Shown: positions 55,701-64,000 of the stretch, one piece after another | Layout: the number at the start of each line of letters is the position of its first letter | Numbering within the stretch: position 1 is the stretch's first letter | From: Candidatus Bathyarchaeia archaeon | GTDB lineage: Archaea; Thermoproteota; Bathyarchaeia; Bathyarchaeales; Bathycorpusculaceae | NCBI GenBank assembly: GCA_049512935.1 | Contig: JBEKWR010000006.1 | Coordinates: forward strand, 85,934-149,933 | Direction: 5' to 3' | DNA length: 64,000 nt | Position numbers and translations under genes: made by a program | Notes under the pieces: model-generated | Told to the model about the DNA's origin: nothing | Databases searched by the model: none | What the model saw: the letters and a program-made list of their open reading frames with translations, nothing else

Positions 55701-57814
55701 TCTTTGAGCTCGCGAATTTGATTATTCTTAACGTCCTCGCGCCCCTCCGGTGTAGCAGCAAGCTCGATGGTCTGACGCAGATGCGCAGCAGCCGAACTGA
55801 CATCTTCAAACAATACGAGGAAGAAAGGCTCTGCGTACTCAACGGCGCGTAAGGGGATTACCTGAATATTAATTGTCTTCTGTTGATCCCCATATTGAAA
55901 ACGTATTGCCTCGGCTTTGACAGGTTTGTTCTCTTTTTTTGCCCTATAAACAACTGTTTGGACTTCCGACCTTAACTCCTTGCGAATCAGCTTTGCCAAA
56001 TTCAAACTCGCCTGCCCCGATTCGGGTGAAAGATAGGTCGTTACGTTTCCACGGAAAACAAGAATGTCTAGGTTACTGTTGACCAGCAGCGCCGCGGGAA
56101 CATATTCTGTTATTAGCAGTCGATCAACTTCGTCCCGTAAAAGAGAGACGGGGTCTATTTTCGCATGCTCCTTGAGAACCGTTTTTCTAGAATAGGGAAC
56201 CGCTGATGCAAAGCCGAAATTAGCACGGGGCTCGGCAACTTTTTTCACGTAAATAGACCCTCTTTTGAATACTGGTTCAAAAAGGGCTGTGGATTTGCCG
56301 ATGCTCTCAGATTCTCCTAGAACAAGAAACCCGTTTGGTCGCAATGCATAGTGCAGAATTGACACTATTCTTTCTTGAAGTTGCGAGTCGAAGTAGATGA
56401 GCATGTTCCTGCAGCTGATGAGACTCAAGTTTGAGAAGGGGGGATCAGCCGTTAAGTCTTGTTTAGCAAACACGCATATGTCGCGGATGAATTTCGCAAT
56501 TTGATAGCTTCCGTTGAAGCTTGTGAAGAAGCGTTTCAGGCGACTCTCCGAAACATCGGCTTCTATGCTTTTCGGGTAGATTCCCTGACGGGCTTTATCA
56601 ACGTTCTTTTCGTTCACGTCAGTCCCGAAAATCTGAACCCTCACGTCACCTTTGCCTATTTCCTCAAGGAATTCTTGAAGTGCAATAGCAAAAGAGTAAG
56701 CCTCTTCGCCTGTGGAGCAGCCAGGAATCCAGATTCGCACGGGTTCTTTCGATGCCAAGTTTTTCAAAAGTTCAGGAAACAGTTTTTCCTTCAAAATCGA
56801 AAAGGTGTCGGGTTCCCTGAAGAAGCTTGTAACGCCGATTAACATGTCGTTAAACAATGCTTGCAGTTCAGCGGGGTGTGTTCCTATGTATTCAGCGTAT
56901 TTTGTTATGTTGTCCACGTGGTTAATTACCATGCGGCGAGTGATTCGCCTATTGACGACTGTTTCTTTGTAGTGAGTGAAATCCACGTTGAATGAAGATT
57001 TTAACAATGTGAAGATTCTTCGCAAACCAGTTTCTTTGTTAGCCTTGGGTTCCTGAGGTATTATTTCGGAGCGAACCAGCTGGGGATGTTTAGCAATTCT
57101 TGAAAGCTCTTTAGCAATTTTTTCTGGGAACAGAACGAAATCTACGGTTTCTGCTGATATGGCGCTGTAAGGCATGCCTGAGTACTGGGCGGATTCTGGG
57201 TCCTGCGCGAAAGTGATTCCACCTTCAGCTTTAACAGCTTTGAGCCCTTCAGTTCCGTCCGTACCAGTTCCCGAAAGCACGATCCCTATGGCTTGAGTTT
57301 TGCGTTCCGTGGCAAGGGAACTTAAGAAAGCGTCGATGGGTCGTAGGGATTTGCCTTTTGGGTTGAGCTTCAAAGAGCCATCGGCTAAGGTCATGGTTGA
57401 TCCTGGCGGAATCACATAGACATGATTGGGTTCAACGTGCATGCCATCCTCAACTTGGAGAACAACCATTCCAGTGAATCTTGAAAGAATGTCAGTCAGC
57501 ATGCTTTCTTGACTTGTGGCGAGATGCTGAATTATCACAAAAGCCAAACCTGTGTCAACTGGCAAAGATTCAAGCAGCACCTTAAACGCTTCTAGGCCAC
57601 CTGCAGAGGCGCCAATTCCAACAATCGGAAACTCCTGAGGGACTATGCTTTCAGAAATATGCTTGTTCGACACGCTTTTTTTATGTACACTCACAAACAC
57701 ACGTCCATAACCAATAGCCCTGATATATGCATCCGATGTAAACGCGAATTCCATAAAATAAGCAAGTAGTACAATTAAAACGTTCCCAATATAGGTAAAG
57801 CGTTGTTTTTCCAA
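52706..57814 (-). CDS. CheB/CheR fusion with coiled coil, PAS, GAF, HisKA and HATPase domains
   Basis: GASAGG, QHL, GTDG (CheB); TSFFRE, PGCSTGEE, SCRN (CheR); NEELQS repeats; GHDIRNPL; DTGEG, GQGFGL; start probably near 57700. Confidence 0.93.
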   Translation of the reverse strand: MEKQRFTYIGNVLIVLLAYFMEFAFTSDAYIRAIGYGRVFVSVHKKSVSNKHISESIVPQEFPIVGIGASAGGLEAFKVLLESLPVDTGLAFVIIQHLATSQESMLTDILSRFTGMVVLQVEDGMHVEPNHVYVIPPGSTMTLADGSLKLNPKGKSLRPIDAFLSSLATERKTQAIGIVLSGTGTDGTEGLKAVKAEGGITFAQDPESAQYSGMPYSAISAETVDFVLFPEKIAKELSRIAKHPQLVRSEIIPQEPKANKETGLRRIFTLLKSSFNVDFTHYKETVVNRRITRRMVINHVDNITKYAEYIGTHPAELQALFNDMLIGVTSFFREPDTFSILKEKLFPELLKNLASKEPVRIWIPGCSTGEEAYSFAIALQEFLEEIGKGDVRVQIFGTDVNEKNVDKARQGIYPKSIEADVSESRLKRFFTSFNGSYQIAKFIRDICVFAKQDLTADPPFSNLSLISCRNMLIYFDSQLQERIVSILHYALRPNGFLVLGESESIGKSTALFEPVFKRGSIYVKKVAEPRANFGFASAVPYSRKTVLKEHAKIDPVSLLRDEVDRLLITEYVPAALLVNSNLDILVFRGNVTTYLSPESGQASLNLAKLIRKELRSEVQTVVYRAKKENKPVKAEAIRFQYGDQQKTINIQVIPLRAVEYAEPFFLVLFEDVSSAAAHLRQTIELAATPEGREDVKNNQIRELKEELESSKQYLQTVIENQEATNEELRAAMEEVQSSNEELQSTNEELETAKEELQSSNEELTTLNDELKNRNQALARLNDNLANLNRNVDPAVVMVDGNLKIRLFTPSAQRILNLSPSDTGLPISNLRLGISIPDLEKTILAVIATLGAADKEVSDEKGRSYEMRVRPYITEDNRIDGAVLSFIDVDVLKKHEVELRGEKEKYRTLAENSPDIIARVDKDLRYLYINSAFEKTTGLPLKNFIGRTNQEIQLPRKFAETWTQILQNVFETGKEQKGEFEFPSREGVKFYQYAIVPEFSVNGNVETLLSMLKDVTERKKTEEALAESEQKYRTIVETAAEGIVIAKTDGTHIFVNNRLAQMFGYSTDELLRKSSFELLSEEEQRRQASQMRKDLEKGQVQYREFEFSRKDGSILWAACNASPLFDETGKHVANISLFSDITERKKTEEALRKSEAEYSSLFANMIDGFAYCQMIFDDAGKPVDWVYLQVNDAFQRITGLPRDALIGKKVTQAVHGIKEENPELFEIYGRVALTGQKEKLEYFLKPLNLWLKVSVYCPAKGYFAAVLEDITERKKMEQEVSDSLEESQLRQSEISALLKGSRAVLQHKEFPDSARAIFDACKEVIGATAGYVALLSDDGKENEVLFLDSGGLPCTVDPSLPMPIRGLRGEVYNSGKVAIENDFPQSEWQKFSPKGHVVLENVMFAPLTIEQRTVGVIGLANKHGGFTKRDAEMAAAFGEIASVALANSKMLEMLEENGEQLKSYSEHLEALVEERTQKLRDSERLAAIGETAGMVGHDIRNPLQSITGELYLARTNIADLPDTHAKEDLKESIGYIEEQLLYVNKIVQDLQDYAKAPKPQLQETDLEKTVHDVLSTVNIPDDITVSTTIQAGFPKICTDPLYLKRVLTNLTSNAVQAMPKGGKIAITATRKDKKIFITVADTGEGIPDDVKDKLFKPLFTTKAKGQGFGLAVVKKLTEALNGNVTVESELGKGTRFTVEFPLN

Positions 57815-57910
57815 CTAAAAGTGAACCAACGTTAAACGAAACATTGAGCCAAAAGAAACGCGTTCAACCCAAGCATCACAAATTCTCGAAGCCTGCGTGC
57901 CGCCTAATTT

Positions 57911-58110
57911 TTAGAGAAGCTTTGAGAAGTCAACGTAAACTTTTTTCCTGTGACCAACGAAAAGCACCGTTACTTGGTTTTGGTCTGGGTTTATTTCGTT
58001 GATGGCTCGGTAGTAACCCGACCTTATGTTCCAGTAATCTGAGGGGGGTAGCGGTTTTCCCGCTTTGAACGGGTCCTCCGTAAGTTCTTCAAGCGCCTTG
58101 CGAGTTCGAA
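57911..58110 (-). pseudogene. RelE/ParE toxin remnant
   Basis: RKALEELTEDPFKAGKPL, frameshift, then YWNIRSGYYRAINEI..VTVLFVGHRKKVY; no start codon. Confidence 0.65.
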
Positions 58111-58147
58111 AATGATTATGCTTTTATACTCAGCTTTCGCATAAGCG

Positions 58148-58906
58148 GTGACTAAGGGGAAAGGCAAAGCCATGGGACTTCATGCCAGAGTCCAAGATGC
58201 GATTGAAAAAGTGTTTTTCAAGGGCAAGTCCAGCAGGAAAAGCGTTTATCTGACCTACGTGATTGGCAATGTTATTTTGATGCTTGTGCTTTTTTATTTG
58301 CTGCTGAACACTTTTGCGTATGATTGGACTGGACAATTGTACCCTGCAGGGTCAGGCTTCCGATTGCAAACCCCCTTGGACACCGCAATTCCTTTTGTTC
58401 CACAAATGGTGATCTTTTACCTATACTTGTTTTACGCGTTTGTCATTTTGACAATGCTTTACTTCGCATTCGTCGATTACAGGAAAGGGTATGCTCTAGG
58501 CTGGTCGCTGGTGGCAATCAACGGCATAGCAATCCTCATCTACATCGTCTTTCCCGTTTCAACCTTCTGGTACCGCCAAGAACTGCTGGCGCATCCGATG
58601 GTGGGCAATTTTTGGGCAAGCCAAGTCTACCACATTTTCGCCACCGACACTCCTTTCAACTGCTTCCCCAGCTTGCACGCAGCCGTATCGGCAATATGCT
58701 TCTACACATGGTTCCAATACGCCAAAGTGAAACCCAGCAGAACAACCAAGACCGTGGCGGTTGCAGCATTTGTTATCGCTGCAGGCGTAATTCTGTCCAC
58801 GCTGTTCATTAAACAGCATTACATTGCTGATGAAATCGCTGGAATAGCACTGGCTTGGGTAGTGGGCACCTTACTTTTCAAGAAGCTCTGGAAAAGTTCC
58901 GAATAA
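58148..58906 (+). CDS. PAP2/IPC-synthase-like membrane protein
   Basis: LDTAIPFVP, NCFPSLHAA, STLFIKQHYIAD. Confidence 0.88.
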   Translation: MTKGKGKAMGLHARVQDAIEKVFFKGKSSRKSVYLTYVIGNVILMLVLFYLLLNTFAYDWTGQLYPAGSGFRLQTPLDTAIPFVPQMVIFYLYLFYAFVILTMLYFAFVDYRKGYALGWSLVAINGIAILIYIVFPVSTFWYRQELLAHPMVGNFWASQVYHIFATDTPFNCFPSLHAAVSAICFYTWFQYAKVKPSRTTKTVAVAAFVIAAGVILSTLFIKQHYIADEIAGIALAWVVGTLLFKKLWKSSE

Positions 58907-58918
58907 TTACTGGTGCAT

Positions 58919-60502
58919 TCAAGGCTCAACTACGCTTTCGTCTGTTGCCCAGTTGTAACTTCTCTCTATGGCTCTCTTCCACTGAGAACATAATGCTTCT
59001 CTCGTGGCTTTTTCCATTTTAGGCACGAATACCTTGTCAGTTTTACGGTTTTTCAGCAAATCCTCAGTTGATTTCCAGTAGCCCACTGCAAGTCCAGCTA
59101 AGCATCCTGCACCTATGGCAGTCATCTCCAAAGCTTTTGGTCTTTCAATCTTCATGTTTGTTATGTCAGCGAGGAATTGCGCGATAAAATCGTTTTTTGA
59201 TGCTCCGCCGTCTATCTTAATAGAAGATATCGCAGAGCCGGTGTCTTTCTTCATAACTTCAATTATGTCGTTGCAGCTGTACCCGATGGATTCTAAGGCA
59301 GCCCTGACAATGTGTTCTTTTCTAGCCTTTCTGGTAAGCCCTATGACGGTTCCTCGAGCGTTAGGGTCCCAATAAGGAGCGCCAAGACCTGTGAGAGCCG
59401 GTACACAGTAAACTCCAGCAGTGTCCTCAACGCTCTTGGCTAACACTTCGCTTTCCTCAGGACTTTTGATGAGCTCTATATCTTTTAACCACTGTACCAA
59501 TGAGCCAGTAGTTTGAACAAAGCCTTCCAGCATGTACGTAACTTTATCATTCAGTTTCCATGCAATCAACGGCGTAAGCCCGTGGCCTGACGCAATGGGC
59601 GTATCACCAGTATTAATGTCGATAAACGTGCCCGTTCCATTCGTGCATTTGATGTCTCCGAAGGAGAAGCATGCCTCCCCAAATAACGCCGCCTGCTGAT
59701 CTGCAACAACACTTGTAATGTTAATTGGTGCACCAAAGGCGGTGGTTTGGCCGAAGGCGTCGCTGGTTTGCTTAATCTCTGGGAGCTTAAGCTCTTTTGG
59801 CACGTCAAAGGAGTTCATTATGAACTTACTCCAGCCTAAGGCAAAGGGGTCAAAAATTCCAGTGGATGACGCGTTAGAGTAGTCAGTTGCGTAAACTTGT
59901 CCTTGCGTGTACTTCCATAAAAGCCACGTGTCAACAGTTCCAAAAAGCAAATCGCCTTTCTGCAGGATTTCTTTTGCTTCTTGCACATTGTTGATGAGCC
60001 AGTTTATGCGTGCACCAGCTTGAATGGGTGAGAAATCGAAATGTGAAAGTTGTATCAGCGTTTTCACGCCAGACCTTTTTCTCAAGGGCTTAATCAGCCG
60101 GCATATTTTTTCTGTGGTCTTGCCTAAGCCGTGAAAAAGCTTGATGGTTACCTTGCTGTTTATTTTTTGGCAAAAACCTGCGGACCTGACATCTTGCCAT
60201 GTAATAGCGTTGTAGATTGGTTTTCCAGTTTTTTGGTCCCAGAGAACAGTTGTGCCTCTTTGGGTTACCAAGCCCATGGCTGCGATGTTTTCGACACCAA
60301 CTTTTTGTAAGGCTTTTCTCGACGCATCTAAGCTTTTGTTCCATATCTCGTTTGGGTCTTGCTCGCACCATCCAGGCTTCGGGTATATCTGCGAGATTTC
60401 CTCTGAAGCTTCGGACACAATGTTAGTAAACTCGTCAAGCACAACTGCTTTTAACATTGTGGTTCCTACGTCGTTTACCAAAACATACTTTTTATTGTCC
60501 AA
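58919..60502 (-). CDS. glpK: glycerol kinase (FGGY), GK5-like
   Basis: DVGTT, QRGT, WQDVR, TDYSNASSTG, ADQQAALFG, GLGAPYWD, DGGAS. Confidence 0.88.
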   Translation of the reverse strand: MDNKKYVLVNDVGTTMLKAVVLDEFTNIVSEASEEISQIYPKPGWCEQDPNEIWNKSLDASRKALQKVGVENIAAMGLVTQRGTTVLWDQKTGKPIYNAITWQDVRSAGFCQKINSKVTIKLFHGLGKTTEKICRLIKPLRKRSGVKTLIQLSHFDFSPIQAGARINWLINNVQEAKEILQKGDLLFGTVDTWLLWKYTQGQVYATDYSNASSTGIFDPFALGWSKFIMNSFDVPKELKLPEIKQTSDAFGQTTAFGAPINITSVVADQQAALFGEACFSFGDIKCTNGTGTFIDINTGDTPIASGHGLTPLIAWKLNDKVTYMLEGFVQTTGSLVQWLKDIELIKSPEESEVLAKSVEDTAGVYCVPALTGLGAPYWDPNARGTVIGLTRKARKEHIVRAALESIGYSCNDIIEVMKKDTGSAISSIKIDGGASKNDFIAQFLADITNMKIERPKALEMTAIGAGCLAGLAVGYWKSTEDLLKNRKTDKVFVPKMEKATREALCSQWKRAIERSYNWATDESVVEP

Positions 60503-60872
60503 GACCTTTCCCCTCCAAGCTCCTAGATGCTATTACATTGACATCTGTATTTAGCATGTTTTCATAAACAACGCTGCCTTGCTTTATTGGCGCTTTAACC
60601 TTAACTTTTGCAAGCTCCCGCACGGCTTCCCTGATTAACTTTTTGGGAATCGGCTTTTCGCTCTTTACAGGCAGAACAGGCAAGACGCCGTTCTCAACTC
60701 TGACGGTTGATGTCAGAACTCTCTCGGGAGCCGTGAACTCCTTGATCGCGTATTCTTCACCTATCTTGCATCCACTGCCAGTTACCTCCAGTTTTTTACC
60801 CTCTTCCTCAACTAATTTGAGTTCACAGCTAGACGGACAGCCTATGCAGGTAAATTCATGAACTTTCCTCAT
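60492..60872 (-). CDS. DUF1667 (CxxC) protein
   Basis: TCIGCPSSC..GC..G..Y..E..P.R.LTSTV. Confidence 0.9.
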   Translation of the reverse strand: MRKVHEFTCIGCPSSCELKLVEEEGKKLEVTGSGCKIGEEYAIKEFTAPERVLTSTVRVENGVLPVLPVKSEKPIPKKLIREAVRELAKVKVKAPIKQGSVVYENMLNTDVNVIASRSLEGKGLGQ

Positions 60873-62119
60873 TCTTTCTCCACCACCACTTTAACGACTT
60901 GCGTTTTTTCCAACACTGAAGATGGCAAACTGACCGAAAGCATCTCTGGCGGCCTCACGACCCGTTCCTTCCTTGAGTAGATTTTTTCACCGTCTGAAAA
61001 AACTTTGACAGAAACATTCCGTTGAACTTCCTTGACGCGGAAAAACAGTTTTACGTTTTCTTCAAAACTTTTCTTGCGGATTACTTGTGGCACGACGTAC
61101 CTGACGTTTTCCCCTGCCTCTACCTTCGTTGGGTTTTCCCTCTCTTTCAATTCGCCCATTACGTATCTTGCAGCTGCTTTTCCAGCGACTTCTCCCTCAG
61201 TTGAAACATCATCAACTAAGTCATGCACGTGAACAACATTTCCAGCGGCGAAAACTCCAGCTTCCGAAGTCTCCATAGCCTCATCCACTATCGGACCCCC
61301 AGTCGCTGAATCCATTGCTAAGGGCACCATTTCGGAGAGTTCGTTTTCAGGAATCAAACCTACTGAAACTATTACGGTATCGCAGGGCACAAACCTCTCA
61401 GTACCCTGAATGGGCTTCATTTTAGAATCGACCTTTGCAACGGTCACGCCTTCAACCCGTTCTTTACCTTTTATGTCTACGATCGTCTGCGAAAGATGCA
61501 GAGGTATCTCATAGTCTTGTAGACACTGAACTAGGTTTCTAGTCAAGCCCCCTGGGACAGGCATGATCTCGTACACTCCCTCGACTTCTGCCCCTTCAAG
61601 ACTGAATCTTCTGGCCATTATGAGACCGACATCTCCTGAGCCTAGAATTACAATTTTCTTGCCAGGCATTATTCCCTCTATGTTTATGTATCTTTGAGCG
61701 ACTCCGGCTGTGAATATTCCTGCGGGTCTGTCTCCTGGGATAAGAATTTGCTGGCGAGTCCGCTCTCTGCAGCCCATCGCTAAGATTAAGGTTTTCACTT
61801 GTATGTCAAGCAATCCATCAGCAGGGTTAACGGCGATTACCCGCTTGTCACGGTCTATCTGCAAAACCATTGTTTCCAGCTTTACATCGATTCCCGTTTT
61901 TTTGATTTCTTGGACGTAGCGTTCGGCGTATTCGGGACCCGTTAATCTTTCCTTGAAAATAACGGTTCCAAATCCATCATGTATGCACTGGGGAAGTATT
62001 CCACCGAGCTCAGGACCACGTTCAATAAGCATGACGTTTTTAATTCCGTTCTTGTTTGCGCTTAAGGCGGCTGCTAAACCTGCTGGTCCACCGCCGATAA
62101 CCAATGTGTCAACATCCAT
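60869..62119 (-). CDS. FAD/NAD(P)-dependent oxidoreductase, G3P dehydrogenase partner
   Basis: GGGPAG, GGILPQCIHDGFG, AMGCRER, GSGDVGLIMARR. Confidence 0.9.
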   Translation of the reverse strand: MDVDTLVIGGGPAGLAAALSANKNGIKNVMLIERGPELGGILPQCIHDGFGTVIFKERLTGPEYAERYVQEIKKTGIDVKLETMVLQIDRDKRVIAVNPADGLLDIQVKTLILAMGCRERTRQQILIPGDRPAGIFTAGVAQRYINIEGIMPGKKIVILGSGDVGLIMARRFSLEGAEVEGVYEIMPVPGGLTRNLVQCLQDYEIPLHLSQTIVDIKGKERVEGVTVAKVDSKMKPIQGTERFVPCDTVIVSVGLIPENELSEMVPLAMDSATGGPIVDEAMETSEAGVFAAGNVVHVHDLVDDVSTEGEVAGKAAARYVMGELKERENPTKVEAGENVRYVVPQVIRKKSFEENVKLFFRVKEVQRNVSVKVFSDGEKIYSRKERVVRPPEMLSVSLPSSVLEKTQVVKVVVEKE

Positions 62120-62123
62120 GTTG

Positions 62124-63893
62124 CTAGCCCTCCATCAGAAGCTCCTTTGTTTTACCCACGAAAAGGCGAGAATCACCGCCCTTCTTCGTTACCTCCTCCA
62201 ACGGAATGCCCAACTCCCTGGCAAGTATTCCTGCGACTAGATGCCCGCAGAAGCCGCTTTGGCATCTTCCCATGCCGGCTCTTGTTCGCCTCTTGACTGC
62301 GTCCACTGTGAGGGCTGGGACTGGCGAATGTATGGCTTTGACTATCTCTGCCTCCGTGATGTGCTCGCATCTGCAGACAACGTTTCCATAGAGCCTTTCT
62401 TCCGCCACAATGTTCTTTTTCTCTTCTATGGTGAGTTCCCTGAAGACCGCTGCTCTCTTGCAAATCGGGTCAAAAGCCTCCTTTTCTTTCAAAGGCAATC
62501 CTTCTTGCCTAAGAATCTCTAAAATCATGCCTGCAATTGTCGGGGAGCAAGTTAACCCTGGAGACTGAATCCCGGCTGCATGGATTAGTCCTTTAACGTT
62601 TTTTGAGGGCTTTATCACAAAGTCTTCTTTGTAGGTGCATGCTCTAACGCCGGAGAAATACGCGATTACTAATTTCTTGGGGAAATCGGAAAAGACAGTG
62701 GCGTACTTTTTGAGGATATTATCGATGTCCTCTCTTGATATCGAAGTGTCTTCCCTGTCTGGGACTTCAATGGCGCTTGGTCCAAAGTTTATGTTTTCAT
62801 CTGCCGTCCTAAGCACTCCACCGCCCTTAGTGTATTCGTTTCGAGGAAGCTTAAACTCGTTCAGTTGATGAGCCACGAACTTGTCTGTTTTCTTGTCGAA
62901 AAGTATGATTCCGCCTTTTCTCGGATGAATACTGAATTCTCTTGTTCCAGCCATTTCAGCGATTCTGTCAGCATAAACTCCAGCTGCATTCACGACAAAA
63001 TCAGTTTCAACCGTTCCTCTGGTGGTCACGACCCCGCTGATTTTTTTATCCTCAACATTTATGCCCGTCACTTCCGTGTCGATGAAGATTCTTGCACCAT
63101 TCTTAACGGCGTTTTCAGCGAGCGAAATGGTTAGTCTGAAAGGTTCAATTATCCCATAATTTGGCATGAGAACGCCGATAAGCGCTTTTTCAGTTAGGTC
63201 CGGCTCCATTTTCAGCAGTTTTCCTTTCCTGACAATCTTCGGCTTGTCCTTAGCTCTTCTCGCCGTTATCCAGACGGGTATGGGAATCAAGTACTCGCAC
63301 AAGAATTTCCTGATTGGGCCAGGAATGCTCTTGGGAAGACTGTCCTTCGTTATTACGGTCAACAAACCATTTTTTTCGTAAGGCACGTCAAGTTCACTTG
63401 AGATTTTATCAAAGAGGGGCCAAGAGTTCACGCATAGTTTTTTCTTTAATGTTCCAGATTTTTCGCCGACCCCCGTATGAATCTGCGCACTGTTAGCTTT
63501 AGTTGCGCCGCCGCAGACATCGCTCTCCTTTTCTAAAAGAACAATATCAAGTTTGTACCGTGACAGTTCACGTGCGATGAAACATCCGACTACGCCACCG
63601 CCAACTATGACCACGTCAGCCTTCTTCGGCAAGGTTGGGTCGTAAAGTCTCTTAGACAATTTTGTCCGCGGCTGGGTCACCGCTTTGACTGCGTCTTCAG
63701 AGGTGACGTCGTTTACTATTTCTTCCACGCCCTTTATTTTTCCGATTCCGTGACCTAACTCAACAACTTTTTCCCAATTGTCCAATCGCCCGTTCAAGTA
63801 GGCAATGCCATCTTTAACAGAACAACTAATCTGAAGGTGCCCTTCCTCTGCCAGAAACTGCTTAACTTTCTTCTCGAGCTTTTCGTCCTTCAT
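62124..63893 (-). CDS. FAD-dependent glycerol-3-phosphate dehydrogenase-like protein with N-terminal BON and C-terminal BFD [2Fe-2S] domains
   Basis: GGGVVG, ATKANS, GIQSPGLT, VCRCE..KRRTRAGMGRCQSGFC. Confidence 0.88.
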   Translation of the reverse strand: MKDEKLEKKVKQFLAEEGHLQISCSVKDGIAYLNGRLDNWEKVVELGHGIGKIKGVEEIVNDVTSEDAVKAVTQPRTKLSKRLYDPTLPKKADVVIVGGGVVGCFIARELSRYKLDIVLLEKESDVCGGATKANSAQIHTGVGEKSGTLKKKLCVNSWPLFDKISSELDVPYEKNGLLTVITKDSLPKSIPGPIRKFLCEYLIPIPVWITARRAKDKPKIVRKGKLLKMEPDLTEKALIGVLMPNYGIIEPFRLTISLAENAVKNGARIFIDTEVTGINVEDKKISGVVTTRGTVETDFVVNAAGVYADRIAEMAGTREFSIHPRKGGIILFDKKTDKFVAHQLNEFKLPRNEYTKGGGVLRTADENINFGPSAIEVPDREDTSISREDIDNILKKYATVFSDFPKKLVIAYFSGVRACTYKEDFVIKPSKNVKGLIHAAGIQSPGLTCSPTIAGMILEILRQEGLPLKEKEAFDPICKRAAVFRELTIEEKKNIVAEERLYGNVVCRCEHITEAEIVKAIHSPVPALTVDAVKRRTRAGMGRCQSGFCGHLVAGILARELGIPLEEVTKKGGDSRLFVGKTKELLMEG

Positions 63894-64000
63894 TTTTCAA
63901 AGCCGCCAGAATAATTTCAGACAAATCCACTATCTCAACTGTTTGGTCTGCCTCTTTGAGGGCAAGTTCACATGAGGGGCACGCCGTAACCACGGCGGTT
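63862..64000 (-). CDS. CCG-domain Fe-S oxidoreductase, C-terminal end (partial)
   Basis: VVTACPSCELAL..IVDLSEII translated from the window edge. Confidence 0.75.
   Translation of the reverse strand, partial: TAVVTACPSCELALKEADQTVEIVDLSEIILAALKNEGRKAREES

Overview
Archaeal genomic DNA. The gene content suggests Bathyarchaeia (nucS, NosD/CASH surface proteins, PEF-CTERM proteins with an archaeosortase, methanopterin-type pterin genes, TATA-box promoters); this taxonomy is inference. Main blocks are housekeeping and membrane genes (1-8.6 kb), a GT2/GT4 glycosyltransferase locus (8.9-21.3 kb), and a complete 3,557-bp IS6-like element (24651-28207). That element has 24-bp perfect TIRs, a 9-bp TSD, five passenger ORFs and an apparently independently promoted ~115-nt structured RNA, and a transposase-less relative sits at 6421-7739. 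Further on are a pterin/methanopterin cluster (queD-like, folE2/mptA, two mptG, DUF1464, mptE; 28.8-34.5 kb) and an AT-rich putative defence island (PD-(D/E)xK, Zn-finger, wHTH, TGT-like fold, HNH; 34.7-39.8 kb). A 5.7-kb block is bracketed by diverged long inverted repeats, and a tandem run of genes is delimited by a repeated ~25-bp motif (46.2-48.7 kb). The window ends with TA modules, an archaeosortase, a CheB/CheR-PAS-GAF histidine kinase and a glycerol kinase/G3P dehydrogenase operon. No rRNA, tRNA or CRISPR array was recognised. All family calls are by motif recognition only.
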